The position numbers were made by a program, and so were the translations under genes. Source: Zancudomyces culisetae HAW-14-8 (Eukaryota > Fungi > Kickxellomycota). From it: a stretch of 64,000 nucleotides of DNA. The stretch lies in NCBI GenBank assembly GCA_052426225.1, contig JBNJNM010000021.1, positions 1,736,001-1,800,000 of the forward strand, given 5' to 3'. How positions within the stretch are numbered: position 1 is the stretch's first letter; the number at the start of each line of letters is the position of its first letter. Positions 63,510 through 64,000 of this stretch are shown here, piece by piece. Below the pieces are notes generated by a model. The model saw nothing but the letters and a program-made list of their open reading frames with translations, had not been told where the DNA came from and did not search any database.

Positions 63510-64000
63510 TCCTGTTTGCTGTGCTATGTTTTATCTTTGATGTATTGCTTTCTTTATTTTTTTTGAAAGGTGCTGAGGAATACTCGGTATTTTTATATAC
63601 GTTTGTTTGCTATATATCCGGCTCAAACTATTTTCAAACAAAATCAACAATTTTTTTTTTGCTGAGGATGCGAGATGTTTTATTTTATAACGTTTTGAAT
63701 TTTTTTGCAAACAAAAGCTAAATTAGAGTCAGATTAGACTGCCTATTTTGCCAATTTGCTTTGCAACCTTATGTGCATTAAGCTCATTATCAATTCCATA
63801 AGATTAATGAAATATGCGAATATTTATTCGATGAGCTTCGAGTGTTTACAATAATTCTTATACGTCAATCAATTTGGCAACTAAAAAACCATTGTAGCCA
63901 TTGGTTTGAACCAGAAAAAGTGAATGTTTTTATTTGGAAATGTTGTTTTAAGGTCGCAATTTGAGTAATGGCATTTTTGTTTTGGTCGCTCAATTCTGCT

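Overview
AT-rich, intron-containing eukaryotic DNA from a fungus. A methylmalonyl-CoA epimerase and the gene style suggest an early-diverging lineage, possibly Zoopagomycota/Harpellales; this is inference only. The window opens inside the 5' LTR of an intact single-ORF Ty3/gypsy retrotransposon. Its 3' LTR ends 9 bp upstream of a tRNA-Leu(CAA) gene and is followed by about 3 kb of AT-rich DNA with probable retroelement relics. The rest is a compact array of about 27 mostly housekeeping genes: TBC GAP, Hsp78, TPI, METTL25-like, M28 aminopeptidase, Pab2, aromatic amino-acid decarboxylase, ZIP, HSF-type factor, Siw14, PPIL3, MCEE, Ctk3, Aim29, two complex I subunits, Mak31, Tma22, Mcm1-like, MetRS, uL3m, an S10-fold protein, FBP1 and PGM. 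There is also a tRNA-Ala(TGC) gene. The most notable points are apparent tRNA-gene-targeted retrotransposition, a secreted carboxypeptidase homologue lacking catalytic Ser and His, a candidate ~215-nt structured ncRNA, a sharp G-rich to C-rich strand-skew flip inside MetRS, and an A-rich 5'UTR intron in the nuclear poly(A)-binding protein gene. Exon boundaries were read by eye from GT..AG sites and reading frame.
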